A DNA stretch of 64,000 nt from an uncultured Candidatus Rokubacteria bacterium (GTDB lineage Bacteria > Methylomirabilota > Methylomirabilia > Rokubacteriales > DASRDR01). The number at the start of each line of letters is the position of its first letter. Position 1 is the first letter of the stretch. The stretch covers positions 640,001 to 704,000 of the forward strand of contig CAWGVS010000012.1 of assembly GCA_963826115.1 (NCBI GenBank). Direction: 5' to 3'. This document shows positions 28,776 to 37,776 of this stretch, piece by piece. A model generated the notes under the pieces. It worked only from the letters and a program-made list of their open reading frames with translations, was not told where the DNA came from and ran no database searches. The position numbers and the translations under genes are program-made.

Positions 28776-30187
28776 ACGCGCGGCCAGCGGCCGGGGACGC
28801 CGAGGCCGAGCCGCTCGGCCAGGCGCCCGACGGACGCCCGCGCCTCCCGGAGGACCTCGCCCTCGCTGACCCGCGTCGAGCGGCCGCCTTCCAGCACGAT
28901 GCGGCCGTTCACCAGCACCGTGTCGGCGCTGGGCCCGCGCCCGACGGTGACGAGCTGGTGCGCGGGGTCGACGCCGGGGCCGAGCTCGATCGCGTCCCGC
29001 TGACGCACGACCAGGTCGGCGCGCTTCCCCGGTTCGAGGCTTCCGACGAGGTGGTCGAGCCCCGCCGCCCGCGCGGCGCCGCGCGTCGCCATCTCGACCG
29101 CGTCCTCCGGGAGGATCGGCTGACCGGCCTCGGCCATGAGGTGGAGCGCCAGGAACGGCGCGTCCCCGACGGCGCTCTGGCGGGCGGAGTCCGTGCCGAG
29201 GCCGACCGGCACGCCCCGGCGGCGCATCTCGGGGATGCGCGTCGGGAGCCGGTGCGGCGTCCCCTTCTGGAGGTAGGCGAGCGGACACCAGACGATCGAC
29301 AGTCCCGCGTCGAGGATCGGCGCGACGTCGCCATCGCGGATCACGTTCATGTGAACGAAGGTCGCGTTCGGTCCGAGGACGCCGAGCGCGGCGAGGTAGG
29401 CGAACCGGGGCTGCCCCCACCGCGCCTCCATCGCCGCCGCGAGGTCGAGGTCGTAGCCGAGGTGGGAGTTCAGGATCACGCCCTCCTGGTCGGCGAGCGC
29501 CTTGGCCGCACGAAAGAGCTCGTCGGACGCGGTGCCCTCGCCGTACAGCGCGACGTGCCCGTGCACGGTGTCGTCGGGATCGCGGTTCCGGCCGAGCTGC
29601 CCCCCGAGGCCCGCGAGCGCCCGCTCGCGCGTCGGCGGGACCCGCGCGAAGAGGCTCGGGCTCTTCAACCCCGGGATCACGTCCATCAGCGCGGGGTCGT
29701 CCCAGAGATAGGGATCGGCGAGCGAGCACCGGACGCCGGTCGCCCGCGCGGCGTCGGCGACGGCATCGGGCTCGAAGGCGCTGCCCGGCTCGACGAACGC
29801 CGTGTACCCCTGGCGCAGGAGCTCGAGGCAGCCGAGCGCGGCGGCGGCCCGCTCGTCCTCGGGCCGGAGCGCCGCCTTCCAGTCGGCATAGTTCGGCCCC
29901 CGGCCGCCACCCTGGGTGCTGCTGTCGCCCTGGAAGAAGCCGCGGCAGGTCTGCGCGTTGATGTGGAGATGCGCGTCGATGAACCCAGGATGGACGATCG
30001 CGCCGCCGACGTCGAGCGTGCGCGGGGCCTGCCAGCTCGCGAGGACCTCGCTGTCCGGGCCGACCGCGACGATCGTGTGGCCCCGCACCGCGACGGCGCC
30101 CGACCGGTACACGGTGCGGTCGGCGTCGAGCGTCAGGACCTCGCCGCCCGCGACGATCAGGTCGCAGCGCGCCGGCGCGGCCCTCAC
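28772..30187 (-). CDS. Amidohydrolase, SsnA/MtaD-like
   Basis: PGFIDAHLH, NSHLG, FVHM, LGTDS, GSLEPGKRAD. Confidence 0.88.
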   Translation of the reverse strand: MRAAPARCDLIVAGGEVLTLDADRTVYRSGAVAVRGHTIVAVGPDSEVLASWQAPRTLDVGGAIVHPGFIDAHLHINAQTCRGFFQGDSSTQGGGRGPNYADWKAALRPEDERAAAALGCLELLRQGYTAFVEPGSAFEPDAVADAARATGVRCSLADPYLWDDPALMDVIPGLKSPSLFARVPPTRERALAGLGGQLGRNRDPDDTVHGHVALYGEGTASDELFRAAKALADQEGVILNSHLGYDLDLAAAMEARWGQPRFAYLAALGVLGPNATFVHMNVIRDGDVAPILDAGLSIVWCPLAYLQKGTPHRLPTRIPEMRRRGVPVGLGTDSARQSAVGDAPFLALHLMAEAGQPILPEDAVEMATRGAARAAGLDHLVGSLEPGKRADLVVRQRDAIELGPGVDPAHQLVTVGRGPSADTVLVNGRIVLEGGRSTRVSEGEVLREARASVGRLAERLGLGVPGRWPRV

Positions 30188-30214
30188 CGCGGGCGGCCCG
30201 CGCGCCTGCCCGCG

Positions 30215-31342
30215 CTAGGTGTCATGGCCGGCCGGGGCGGCGCGCCGCCAGCGCTCGAGCACCGCGGGGTCGATCTCGACGCCCAGCCCGGGGCCCTCCG
30301 GCGGATAGGCGTAGCCGCCCTCGATGCGGAGCGGGCGCGTCAGGAGGTCCTCGGCGTGATAGAGGACGCCGCAGGTGTCGCTGTCGGGCCCGAGGTTCGT
30401 CATCGCCACGCCGAGGTGGATCTGCGCCGCCGTGCCGATGCCGAACTCCGGCATGCTGCCGATCATGCACGGCATGCCGGCCGCCTCGCAGAGCGCGAAG
30501 ATGCGCTGGGCGTTCCAGAGGCCCCCGGCCTCGGTGACGTACACGTTCGCGATGTCGGCGGCGCCGCGGCGAATGACCTCCATCGCGTCGCGCGGCGTCC
30601 GGACGCTCTCGTCCGCCATCAGCGGCACCCCGATCGCGCGGCGCACCTCGGCCATCTGGTCGAGCTCGCGCGGCGGGAGCGGCTGCTCGACCAGCTCGAG
30701 GTCCCAGGGCTCCATGGCGCGGATCAGCCGGATGGCCTCCTTCGCGGTCGGCCAGGCCATGTTGGCGTCGACGCGGAGCCGCACGGCGGGTCCGATCGCC
30801 TCCCGCACGCGCCGGACGGCCTCGAGGTCGCGCGCCGGGTCGCTCCCCACCTTCACCTTGATCGTCCGGTGGCCCTCCCGGACGCGCTCGCGCGCGAACT
30901 CGGCCATGGCCGCGGGCTCGCCGAAGGGCACGGAGTAGCTGAGCGGGATGCGCTCCCGCACCTTGCCGCCGAGGAGCGCGTAGACCGGCGCGTCGAGGGC
31001 CTTCCCCAGGACATCCCAGAGCGCCATCTCGATGCCGGCCTTCGCCTCCTCGACGCCGTCGAGGGCCTGATCCATCCGCTGGACGAGATAGGCGATGCGC
31101 CGGGGGTCCTCGCCGATCACGGCCGGGGCGAGCGCCGCCTCGACGTCCCGCGCGAGCAGCCGCCCGCGGCGCTTGAACACGGACGCGATCTCGCCGATGC
31201 CGGTGATGCCGGCGTCCGTGTCGACGAAGACGATCGCGTGCTCGGAGACGGCGGCGACCCCGAGCGCCGTGCGGGTCGCGGCGCCATAGGCGAGGCGGCG
31301 CGGACCCCAGACCACGACGGCTCGCACGCCGGTGATCTTCAT
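30215..31342 (-). CDS. Enolase superfamily, MLE/mandelate racemase-like
   Basis: AGIEMALWD, IKVKVG, VDAN, VEQP, ADES, PEGPGLG. Confidence 0.92.
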   Translation of the reverse strand: MKITGVRAVVVWGPRRLAYGAATRTALGVAAVSEHAIVFVDTDAGITGIGEIASVFKRRGRLLARDVEAALAPAVIGEDPRRIAYLVQRMDQALDGVEEAKAGIEMALWDVLGKALDAPVYALLGGKVRERIPLSYSVPFGEPAAMAEFARERVREGHRTIKVKVGSDPARDLEAVRRVREAIGPAVRLRVDANMAWPTAKEAIRLIRAMEPWDLELVEQPLPPRELDQMAEVRRAIGVPLMADESVRTPRDAMEVIRRGAADIANVYVTEAGGLWNAQRIFALCEAAGMPCMIGSMPEFGIGTAAQIHLGVAMTNLGPDSDTCGVLYHAEDLLTRPLRIEGGYAYPPEGPGLGVEIDPAVLERWRRAAPAGHDT

Positions 31343-31406
31343 CGGGTCGGAATGGGCGACGGAGAGAACGGGCGGAGCCGGCGTGGGGCGGGACGCGTGG
31401 CGCGCG

Positions 31407-31751
31407 TCAAACGCCTTCCTGGGCGGCGGTGTCGGCCACGCCGTCCTCGTCCAGCTCGGCCGGGTCGGGGTCCATCGCGTCCGGATATTTCACCGGGACG
31501 TTCTGGGCGACCCAGAGCTTCCAGTCGCTCCACGCGTGGTCGAGCTCGTGGAGGAACGCTCCGCGCTTCTCGGCCGGCGGCAGGCGACGGTCCACGACGA
31601 TCGTCCGGTTGTCGACGTCCCACTCGGCCGCGCGGTCGTCCTTGTCCGGGGGCGCCTGGACGACGGCGATCTCGTACCCGAAGGGCAACTCGACCTTCCG
31701 GGGGAGCCGGTAGATCGAGCCCTTGCCGGGGGTGGGCGTGGCGTCCGTCAT
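31407..31751 (-). CDS. Small zincin-like protein (ImmA/IrrE-like HExxH)
   Basis: RTIVVDRRL..AEKRGAFLHELDH; acidic tail; upstream TTGACC-17-TATCCT promoter. Confidence 0.65.
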   Translation of the reverse strand: MTDATPTPGKGSIYRLPRKVELPFGYEIAVVQAPPDKDDRAAEWDVDNRTIVVDRRLPPAEKRGAFLHELDHAWSDWKLWVAQNVPVKYPDAMDPDPAELDEDGVADTAAQEGV

Positions 31752-32002
31752 GACCGGCACGCGGAGGAGGGCCTCGTCCGGGTCGCAGCCATGCCCGCGA
31801 GGATACTGGCCCCCCCTGGCGAGGTCAAATGGCCGGGTGACGCCGCCGTCGACCGCGACTCGATAAATCATCGCAACATGCCGAATGGATTGACTTTTCA
31901 CTCATGGGTCTCGGATCCGGCCCGCGTGGTGAGCCCGGCGGGCGGGGCGCCACGACGACGAGGGGATCCGCGCCTACCCGCCAGGCCTCCCGCCCGGCCA
32001 CC

Positions 32003-32660
32003 ATGGGCGCCGGGATGGAGCCGTACCGGCTCGTACCGGGCTTCGCCGACCATGCCGACGTCGAGCAGCTCGCGGGCGCCGTCGCCCGAGAGGTGGGGCG
32101 CCTCCGCCAGACGACGGGGATGGGCGGCATCGGCCCGCGCTACTGGATCATCGGCGGCACCGAGATCCTGGAGCACCTCCCGGAGCTCGCCGCGTTCGGC
32201 GAGGCGCGGGTCCGACCCCTCCTCACGGCGTTCGTCGGCCGCCGGTCGAGCCCACCTTGGCGCGGGCCGCCATCCGCGTCCAGGTCTTCGAGGGCCCGAG
32301 CCGCGAGTTTCGGTGGCACTTCGACGCGCGTCACTACGCGGCCCTCCTCACCCTCGAGAACGGCAATCAGACCGAGACTCACGTGATCGGCCCGGGGTTG
32401 AGCCGCGTCCTCCGGCCTGTCCTGTACCCGCTCTACTGGCTCCCCCAGCTGTTCTCGCTGGCTCCGTACCGCCGGGTCACGATGGGGCGCGGCGACCTCC
32501 TCCTCATGCGGGGCTCGGACGCGCTCCATCGGGGCATCGCGCGGGATCCCGCCGGGCGTCGCATCCTGATCGTCTGGGGATACCGGATCCCCGGCAGCCG
32601 CCCGAACTGGCTGCGGGGCTGGGTCGCGCGTCGCGTGAACTACCGCACCTCAGCCGCGCC
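32003..32660 (+). pseudogene. Fe/2OG oxygenase-like gene with a frameshift near 32250 and no in-frame stop
   Basis: N-half in one frame; WHFD...GDLLLMRG...LHRG...R in another; may be a sequence error. Confidence 0.6.
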
Positions 32661-32820
32661 CTGTCGGGATAGCCCTCTCGTCCCGCGGCGCCCGGTGCGC
32701 TATCGTCGGGTCGGCGCGCCGGGAGAGGACACCCCGGACGCGCCGGCTGCCCGGACCGGGCGTGGCCCGGGGGCCCCGAACGAATCGCCGGCCGTGCGCG
32801 TGTGCACGAGGGAGACCGGA

Positions 32821-33426
32821 ATGACTGGCAGAGTGTCGCGGAGAGTCGCCGTGGTCGTCGCCGTGCTGTTCGCGGTCGGGCTCGCGGGCACCGCCGGCGC
32901 CCAGAAGAAGCTCGAGGGCATCCCGCTCGTCTGGAAGCCCAGCAACCGGAAGGGCGCCGGGGTGACGAACCTGTCGGGCCTCGCGGACGTCAAGATCCAG
33001 GTCGATACCTTCGTCGACACCCGGGAGAACAAGGCGAAGTTCGGCGAGAACCAGGAGGACAAGGTGCCGAAGCCGGTCACCACGTCCACCAACGTCGCCG
33101 AGTTCACTTCGACGAACTTCCGGAACCTCCTGAAGCAGTACGGCCTGACCATCGTCCCGAGCGGCGGCGACGTGGTCATCGCCGGGGACATCCTGGAGTT
33201 CATGGTGACCGAGACCAACACCTACAAGGGCGAGGTGCGGTTGAAGCTCGCCGTGAAGAAGCGCGGCAAGACGGAGTGGGCGGGCATCGTCGCCGGGACG
33301 TCGAGCCGCTGGGGCCGCTCGTTCAAGGACGAGAACTACTACGAGACGATCAGTGACTCGCTGCTGGACGCGGCCTCACACGCGATGGAGGACGACGGCT
33401 TCCGCAAGGCGCTCGGCGGGAAGTAG
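32821..33426 (+). CDS. Secreted hypothetical protein (YajG-like fold possible)
   Basis: GGAG RBS; signal peptide ending AGA-QKK; typical codon usage. Confidence 0.75.
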   Translation: MTGRVSRRVAVVVAVLFAVGLAGTAGAQKKLEGIPLVWKPSNRKGAGVTNLSGLADVKIQVDTFVDTRENKAKFGENQEDKVPKPVTTSTNVAEFTSTNFRNLLKQYGLTIVPSGGDVVIAGDILEFMVTETNTYKGEVRLKLAVKKRGKTEWAGIVAGTSSRWGRSFKDENYYETISDSLLDAASHAMEDDGFRKALGGK

Positions 33427-33492
33427 CCGCGGCGGGCGGGGCGCGCCGCGCGCGCACCCCACGCCTTACCGGACGGGAAACGCTCGCGCGCG

Positions 33493-33624
33493 CTAGGGGT
33501 GCGTTTCGCTCGGCGTCTCCATGAAGGTCGGGCCCGTGATCGCGCTGGCCCCGCCTCCGCAGCCCGTCAGGCTCACAGTCAGGAGCCCCAGCACCAGCAT
33601 CGACATTGCGAGCGTGCGTCGCAT
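33493..33624 (-). CDS. 43-aa small lipoprotein
   Basis: AAGGAGG RBS; MRRTLAMSMLVLGLLTVSLTGC lipobox. Confidence 0.7.
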   Translation of the reverse strand: MRRTLAMSMLVLGLLTVSLTGCGGGASAITGPTFMETPSETHP

Positions 33625-33701
33625 CGGCGACCTCCTTGAAGGATTAGCGTTCCGCGGGGCGACGCTCCGTTGACGGCGTGGCCCGACTCGCTGTCTTCCG
33701 G

Positions 33702-33717
33702 TGCAAGGCGTGTGCCC
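33702..33717 (-). promoter_or_regulatory. Putative sigma54 (-24/-12) promoter for the small lipoprotein
   Basis: GGGCAC-ACGCC-TTGCA with correct GG-N10-GC spacing. Confidence 0.55.
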
Positions 33718-33895
33718 CAGACGTGGTCGGCCGGCCGGCTCGCGAATTCGCGGGGTTACCGCCCACGCAGGGCTCACACGCCCGTGGGCGAGTGCCCAGG
33801 CGCGCCGCGCGGCACCCGGTCGCTGACAATTCACGGCGCGGCCGGGGCCGGACGCCCGCCGCCGCGACCCCTGACGGGGTGTCCGAGGCGACCTC

Positions 33896-35212
33896 CTAGC
33901 GACCCGCACGCCGCAGCGCGGGGGCGGCCGCGTACACGGCGTCCTTGACGCGCTGCGGATAGTCGTCGGGGAAGGTCCACATGCCGCGGCCGGGCGGGTG
34001 CGTCAGCCCGCGCGTCGCGGGGTCGAACGGATAGATCATTGACAGCAGGACATCGCTCGACACCCGGGGGTTCGCGAAGAAGTATCCGTGGCCCCGCATG
34101 CCGCCGAGCTCGTGGGGGCCGTACACGCCCGCGACGTCGATGCCCACGAGCCGCTCGTTGCCGGCCAGCGTCTCCAGGTCGTCGCGCGTCAGCTCTTCGA
34201 AGTTCGGCCGTCCCAGGCGCGACGCCCTCGCGAGGACGCCGGCCCACTTCAGGGCGCCGTCATCTTCCGAGACGTAGACCTGCGTGCGCACCGCGAGGTC
34301 CGACACGGCCGGCACATGCGAGCGGGCGAAGGTCTTGAGGTCGATGTCCGCCGCCACGAAGAGGGCGTTGCCGATCCGGTAGCGGCGCTGGAGCGCCGCA
34401 TGGTCCTCCTCCGGATGGCGCGCGCGGAGTCGCACCAGCGCCTCCGCCAGGAGCGGCGAGCCGCAGCTGAACGCGATCAGGTTCAGCCGCCGGGCCTGGG
34501 TCTTCTCCGCGACCAGCGCGATCAGGCGCTCGATGTCCGGAATGAACGCCCGGGCGCGCCGGCAGTCGATGAAGTAGTTCCAGACGCGGGTGCCCGTCGG
34601 CCAGCTGAAGGCCACCACCGCCGACGAGCGACCGAGATAGTGGGCCCAGGCCCCCATGAACACGACGACCTGGTCGAAGGTCACCCGGTATCCGGGCACG
34701 TAGATCACGGCCTCCCCGGTCGTCGACGCCTGCACCTGCCGGTCGATGGCGGCCAGGAAGGCCCGGTCGCCGTCCTCGCCCATCACGCCGAACTCCTCGA
34801 CCCCGGTGAGGCGGGCCGGGCGCAGCGTGTCGGTCGTGCTGGTCCGATCCGACGCCATGAGGTCGGCAAAGGACCATCCGGGTTCGCCCAGCTGCACCGT
34901 GGCCCGGCCCAGGCGGGTGCGGTCGCCGGCGCTCGGCTGGTAGCGCTCGCGGGCGCCCGCGGGCGCCGGGGCGCGTGTCGTCGCGTAGAGGACGCGCACG
35001 TCGCCGTCCCGGTCGGCCGGCGCGACGCGGGTCGCGAAGTCGAGGCGCGGATCCGTCACGACGACCGGCGGGGGCATCATGGTCCAGCTGACCTCGTCGC
35101 TCCCGCACCCGGTCAGCAGGCCGGCGAGGACGAGGGCGCGGCTCGCGGCGCGTGCCCCGCCGCGGTGCGGACCCCGGGCGGCGCAGGTCACCTGTCGAGC
35201 AAGGATCGACAC
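33896..35212 (-). CDS. DUF900-type alpha/beta hydrolase, probable lipoprotein
   Basis: LLTGC lipobox; YATTR; YVPGY; FSWP; IAFSCG elbow; AADID; GHGYF; start uncertain. Confidence 0.82.
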   Translation of the reverse strand: MSILARQVTCAARGPHRGGARAASRALVLAGLLTGCGSDEVSWTMMPPPVVVTDPRLDFATRVAPADRDGDVRVLYATTRAPAPAGARERYQPSAGDRTRLGRATVQLGEPGWSFADLMASDRTSTTDTLRPARLTGVEEFGVMGEDGDRAFLAAIDRQVQASTTGEAVIYVPGYRVTFDQVVVFMGAWAHYLGRSSAVVAFSWPTGTRVWNYFIDCRRARAFIPDIERLIALVAEKTQARRLNLIAFSCGSPLLAEALVRLRARHPEEDHAALQRRYRIGNALFVAADIDLKTFARSHVPAVSDLAVRTQVYVSEDDGALKWAGVLARASRLGRPNFEELTRDDLETLAGNERLVGIDVAGVYGPHELGGMRGHGYFFANPRVSSDVLLSMIYPFDPATRGLTHPPGRGMWTFPDDYPQRVKDAVYAAAPALRRAGR

Positions 35213-35373
35213 GTCCGTGACGATACCCGATGCATGCTGGGCGCGCCACGGTCGGCGGCGGGTCCACCTCGCACAATCAGGAGCACGATCCGCGCGGGTC
35301 CGGTGCGTCAGCATCGCGTACCGGCAGCCCGACGGCTCGTGGCGGACAACCATTGAGAGGAGCGAGGCCCACC

Positions 35374-35747
35374 ATGTGCTTCATCCCGGCTGCTGGTCTG
35401 GTGATGGTGACCGTGCTCTGGCCCGCTATCGGTTCCCCGCAAGGGGCGCCGCTCGTAACTCCCAAGGCGTTCGATGCCACCGACACGAACCACGACGGGA
35501 AGATCACCCCGGAGGAGTACCGCGCCCGGATACAGGACGTGTTCTATCTCCTCGACCGGAACAGGGACGGCGCTCTCGTCAAGGACGAGTCCCGGGCGTG
35601 ACAGACGCGGCGTTCCGCGCCGCCGACAAGAACGGCGACGGGTGGCTGTCGATGCAGGAGTACCTTGACGCCCGGAGAGCGGACTTCACCGCCGCCGACA
35701 CGAACAAGGACGGCACCCTCTCCCGCGAGGAGACCGCCGGGAAGTAG
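35374..35747 (+). pseudogene. Secreted four-EF-hand protein split by a 1-nt frameshift near 35590
   Basis: DTNHDGKIT, DRNRDGALV in one frame; DKNGDGWLS, DTNKDGTLS in another; one added G at gag(g)tc restores the frame. Confidence 0.8.
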
Positions 35748-35777
35748 CCCGCGGGCGCCGACGACGGCACGCCCGTC

Positions 35778-36425
35778 TTAGGCGCCCGCCCCCTTCCGTC
35801 GCATCATCCAGTTCGGCTCGGCTTCCCCCACCTTGTGCAGGGTGTTGCGGTCGGTGTGGTGGAAGAGCTGGTCGCTCCCCGCGATCTTCAGCACGGTGTC
35901 CTGCTCGTAGGACCACGTCCCGTCCTCGTGCACGCTCACCGTGATGCGGAACTCGAGCGTCCGGAAGGCGTGATCCAGAAAGGGGTTCGAGCACGTCCCG
36001 TTGGTCGGGGAGCCGAACTCGCACACGAGCGCGAACGTCTTTGCGTCGGGGGCCGCCCCGCCGATCGCCATGGCGATCTGCCCGCGGGGGATGGTGTGCG
36101 ACTGGATGATCATGCCGGTCGCCGGCTCCCAGAGCCAGTAGCCGACCTGGTCGTGGAACGTCTCCGGCTTGGTCGGGCGCAGGATGTGCGTGTGGTAGCG
36201 AAGCCCGTAGAGAAGCTGCGGCCCGTTCGTCTGCGGGTCGATCGGCTGGAGCTCGTACCGCTCGAGGTATCCGTCCTCCCCGGAGCCCTCGGCGTTCGGA
36301 TGGACGTCCACCCCGCGCCGCCCCTCCCAGATGCCGGCGAGGGGCGTGAGCGGCCCGAGATTCCGAAGCGTGTCGGGATCCGGATCGGGCTCGGTGTAGA
36401 TGTCGGTCGGAAAGCCGTCGGTCAT
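35778..36425 (-). CDS. DUF1794/FABP-like (nitrobindin) beta-barrel protein
   Basis: LGPLTPLAGIWEG, PQTNGPQLLYGLRY, FHDQVGYWLWE, HTDRNTL. Confidence 0.88.
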   Translation of the reverse strand: MTDGFPTDIYTEPDPDPDTLRNLGPLTPLAGIWEGRRGVDVHPNAEGSGEDGYLERYELQPIDPQTNGPQLLYGLRYHTHILRPTKPETFHDQVGYWLWEPATGMIIQSHTIPRGQIAMAIGGAAPDAKTFALVCEFGSPTNGTCSNPFLDHAFRTLEFRITVSVHEDGTWSYEQDTVLKIAGSDQLFHHTDRNTLHKVGEAEPNWMMRRKGAGA

Positions 36426-36459
36426 GTCCGTGCCGACCTGCGCCCTTCCCTCGAGCGCC

Positions 36460-36999
36460 TCAGGCCCGGGCGCGGAGCGCCAAGATCACGAGCCCGATGC
36501 CCTCGATGAGGAGGAGCACGCCGAAGAAGAACGGAATCGCCAGCGCGGCCATCATGGGCCGGCCGAGGAGGAGCAGTCCGACGAGGACGTTGATGCCGCC
36601 CAGGATGAAGGCGCCGCCGCCGCCGCCCTTGAAGCCCCGGATGATCTCGAACACCCCCATGAACAGGCTCTCGAAGCCCAGGATGAGGATCAGCACGGTC
36701 GGCACCGTCACCGCGGCCAGCATCGGGTGATTCAGGACGACGATGCCCGCGAAGATGCCGATGATGCCGCTGAGGAGCGACCAGACTCCCGCAGTCGAGC
36801 GGTCGGCGAACGTCCGCACCAGCGACAGGACGCCCGTCATCAGCAGGTAGATGCCCAGGAAGGTCATCAGCGCCACGAGCGTCGCGCCGGGGTTCGTCAG
36901 CAGCATGAGTCCGAGCAGCACGGCCGAGATTCCCTGCAGCAGGAAGATCCACCAGGCACTGCCCGGCTGGGGCCGGGCAAGCATCGCGGTTGCCATCAC
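36460..36999 (-). CDS. HdeD/DUF308 membrane protein
   Basis: WWIFLLQGISAVLLG; six TM helices in a repeat pattern. Confidence 0.85.
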   Translation of the reverse strand: MMATAMLARPQPGSAWWIFLLQGISAVLLGLMLLTNPGATLVALMTFLGIYLLMTGVLSLVRTFADRSTAGVWSLLSGIIGIFAGIVVLNHPMLAAVTVPTVLILILGFESLFMGVFEIIRGFKGGGGGAFILGGINVLVGLLLLGRPMMAALAIPFFFGVLLLIEGIGLVILALRARA

Positions 37000-37232
37000 G
37001 AGCCTCCTCTCTACGGTCGGGCGAAGTCCACGGAGGGATGCGAGCGCGGCGGGCGTCCGGCCGCCATCCTATGCCACCCCGCCCGTTTGGTGAAGGCCCC
37101 CCGCGGGGCACGGCAAGCCGCGGGCGCGGCCCAGCCCTGGGCGCTTGCGCCCGGTTCGCTACCGCTTCCCGCCTCGTCCCGCCGATCGACGCCTGACCCG
37201 GTCATCGCGACAAGACCGCCGGGAGGCCGCCA

Positions 37233-37625
37233 TCACGAACTTTCTGCGGACGCGCTCGCCCGACTCCACTGCCGAGCCACCACCTGCCACCCCGCCCCTC
37301 GGTGGACCCAGATGTCCGTCAAGTACCATTCACCGGACGTCTCTCGCCCATCGAGCTTGGCCAGGAGTCCCACGCGCGCCTGGTACACGGCGACCGTCCC
37401 GAAGTCGCGCACCAGAACGTCCTGAAAATCCATCCGCACGAGCTGCCACCGTCGGGTGTTCTCGATGAACTGTGTCTTGCCCCAGCGTCCCCGCTCGGAG
37501 GTGAACGTGAAGTCGTCCGCCATGAGCCGGCTCAGCGTGCCCTCGACACGGTCTCGAATGGCGTCCGTCCCGGCAAGGCAGAGCTGGTTGATTTCCTGCG
37601 CGGACTCGGCACGCCGAGCATCCAA
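37233..37625 (-). CDS. DUF4440/NTF2-like protein
   Basis: LMADDFTF..GKTQFI..TDIWVHRGAGWQVVA. Confidence 0.8.
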   Translation of the reverse strand: MDARRAESAQEINQLCLAGTDAIRDRVEGTLSRLMADDFTFTSERGRWGKTQFIENTRRWQLVRMDFQDVLVRDFGTVAVYQARVGLLAKLDGRETSGEWYLTDIWVHRGAGWQVVARQWSRASASAESS

Positions 37626-37776
37626 TGGCCGTCCTCCCTTGGCAGAGAACCGGAAGCGCTTCAGCGGCGGGCACGGCGCGCGCGGAGTGGCGCCCGCTCG
37701 AGCGCGGGGAAGTCGCGCGCCGCCGGTAGCGAGAGAAGTGGAGCGTCCCGGCGGGCGCCGGGACGCTCCGGACTCC

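Noticed and set aside
26411-31753. 1780-aa ORF, and similar giants at 14176..17487 and 25662..29729
   Set aside because: Arg/Pro/Gly-rich shadow frames overlapping clearly recognisable genes; expected from stop-codon scarcity at very high GC.
32257-33426. Oxygenase-secreted protein fusion
   Set aside because: An internal RBS and signal peptide at 32821 indicate a separate gene; the linker is low-complexity.
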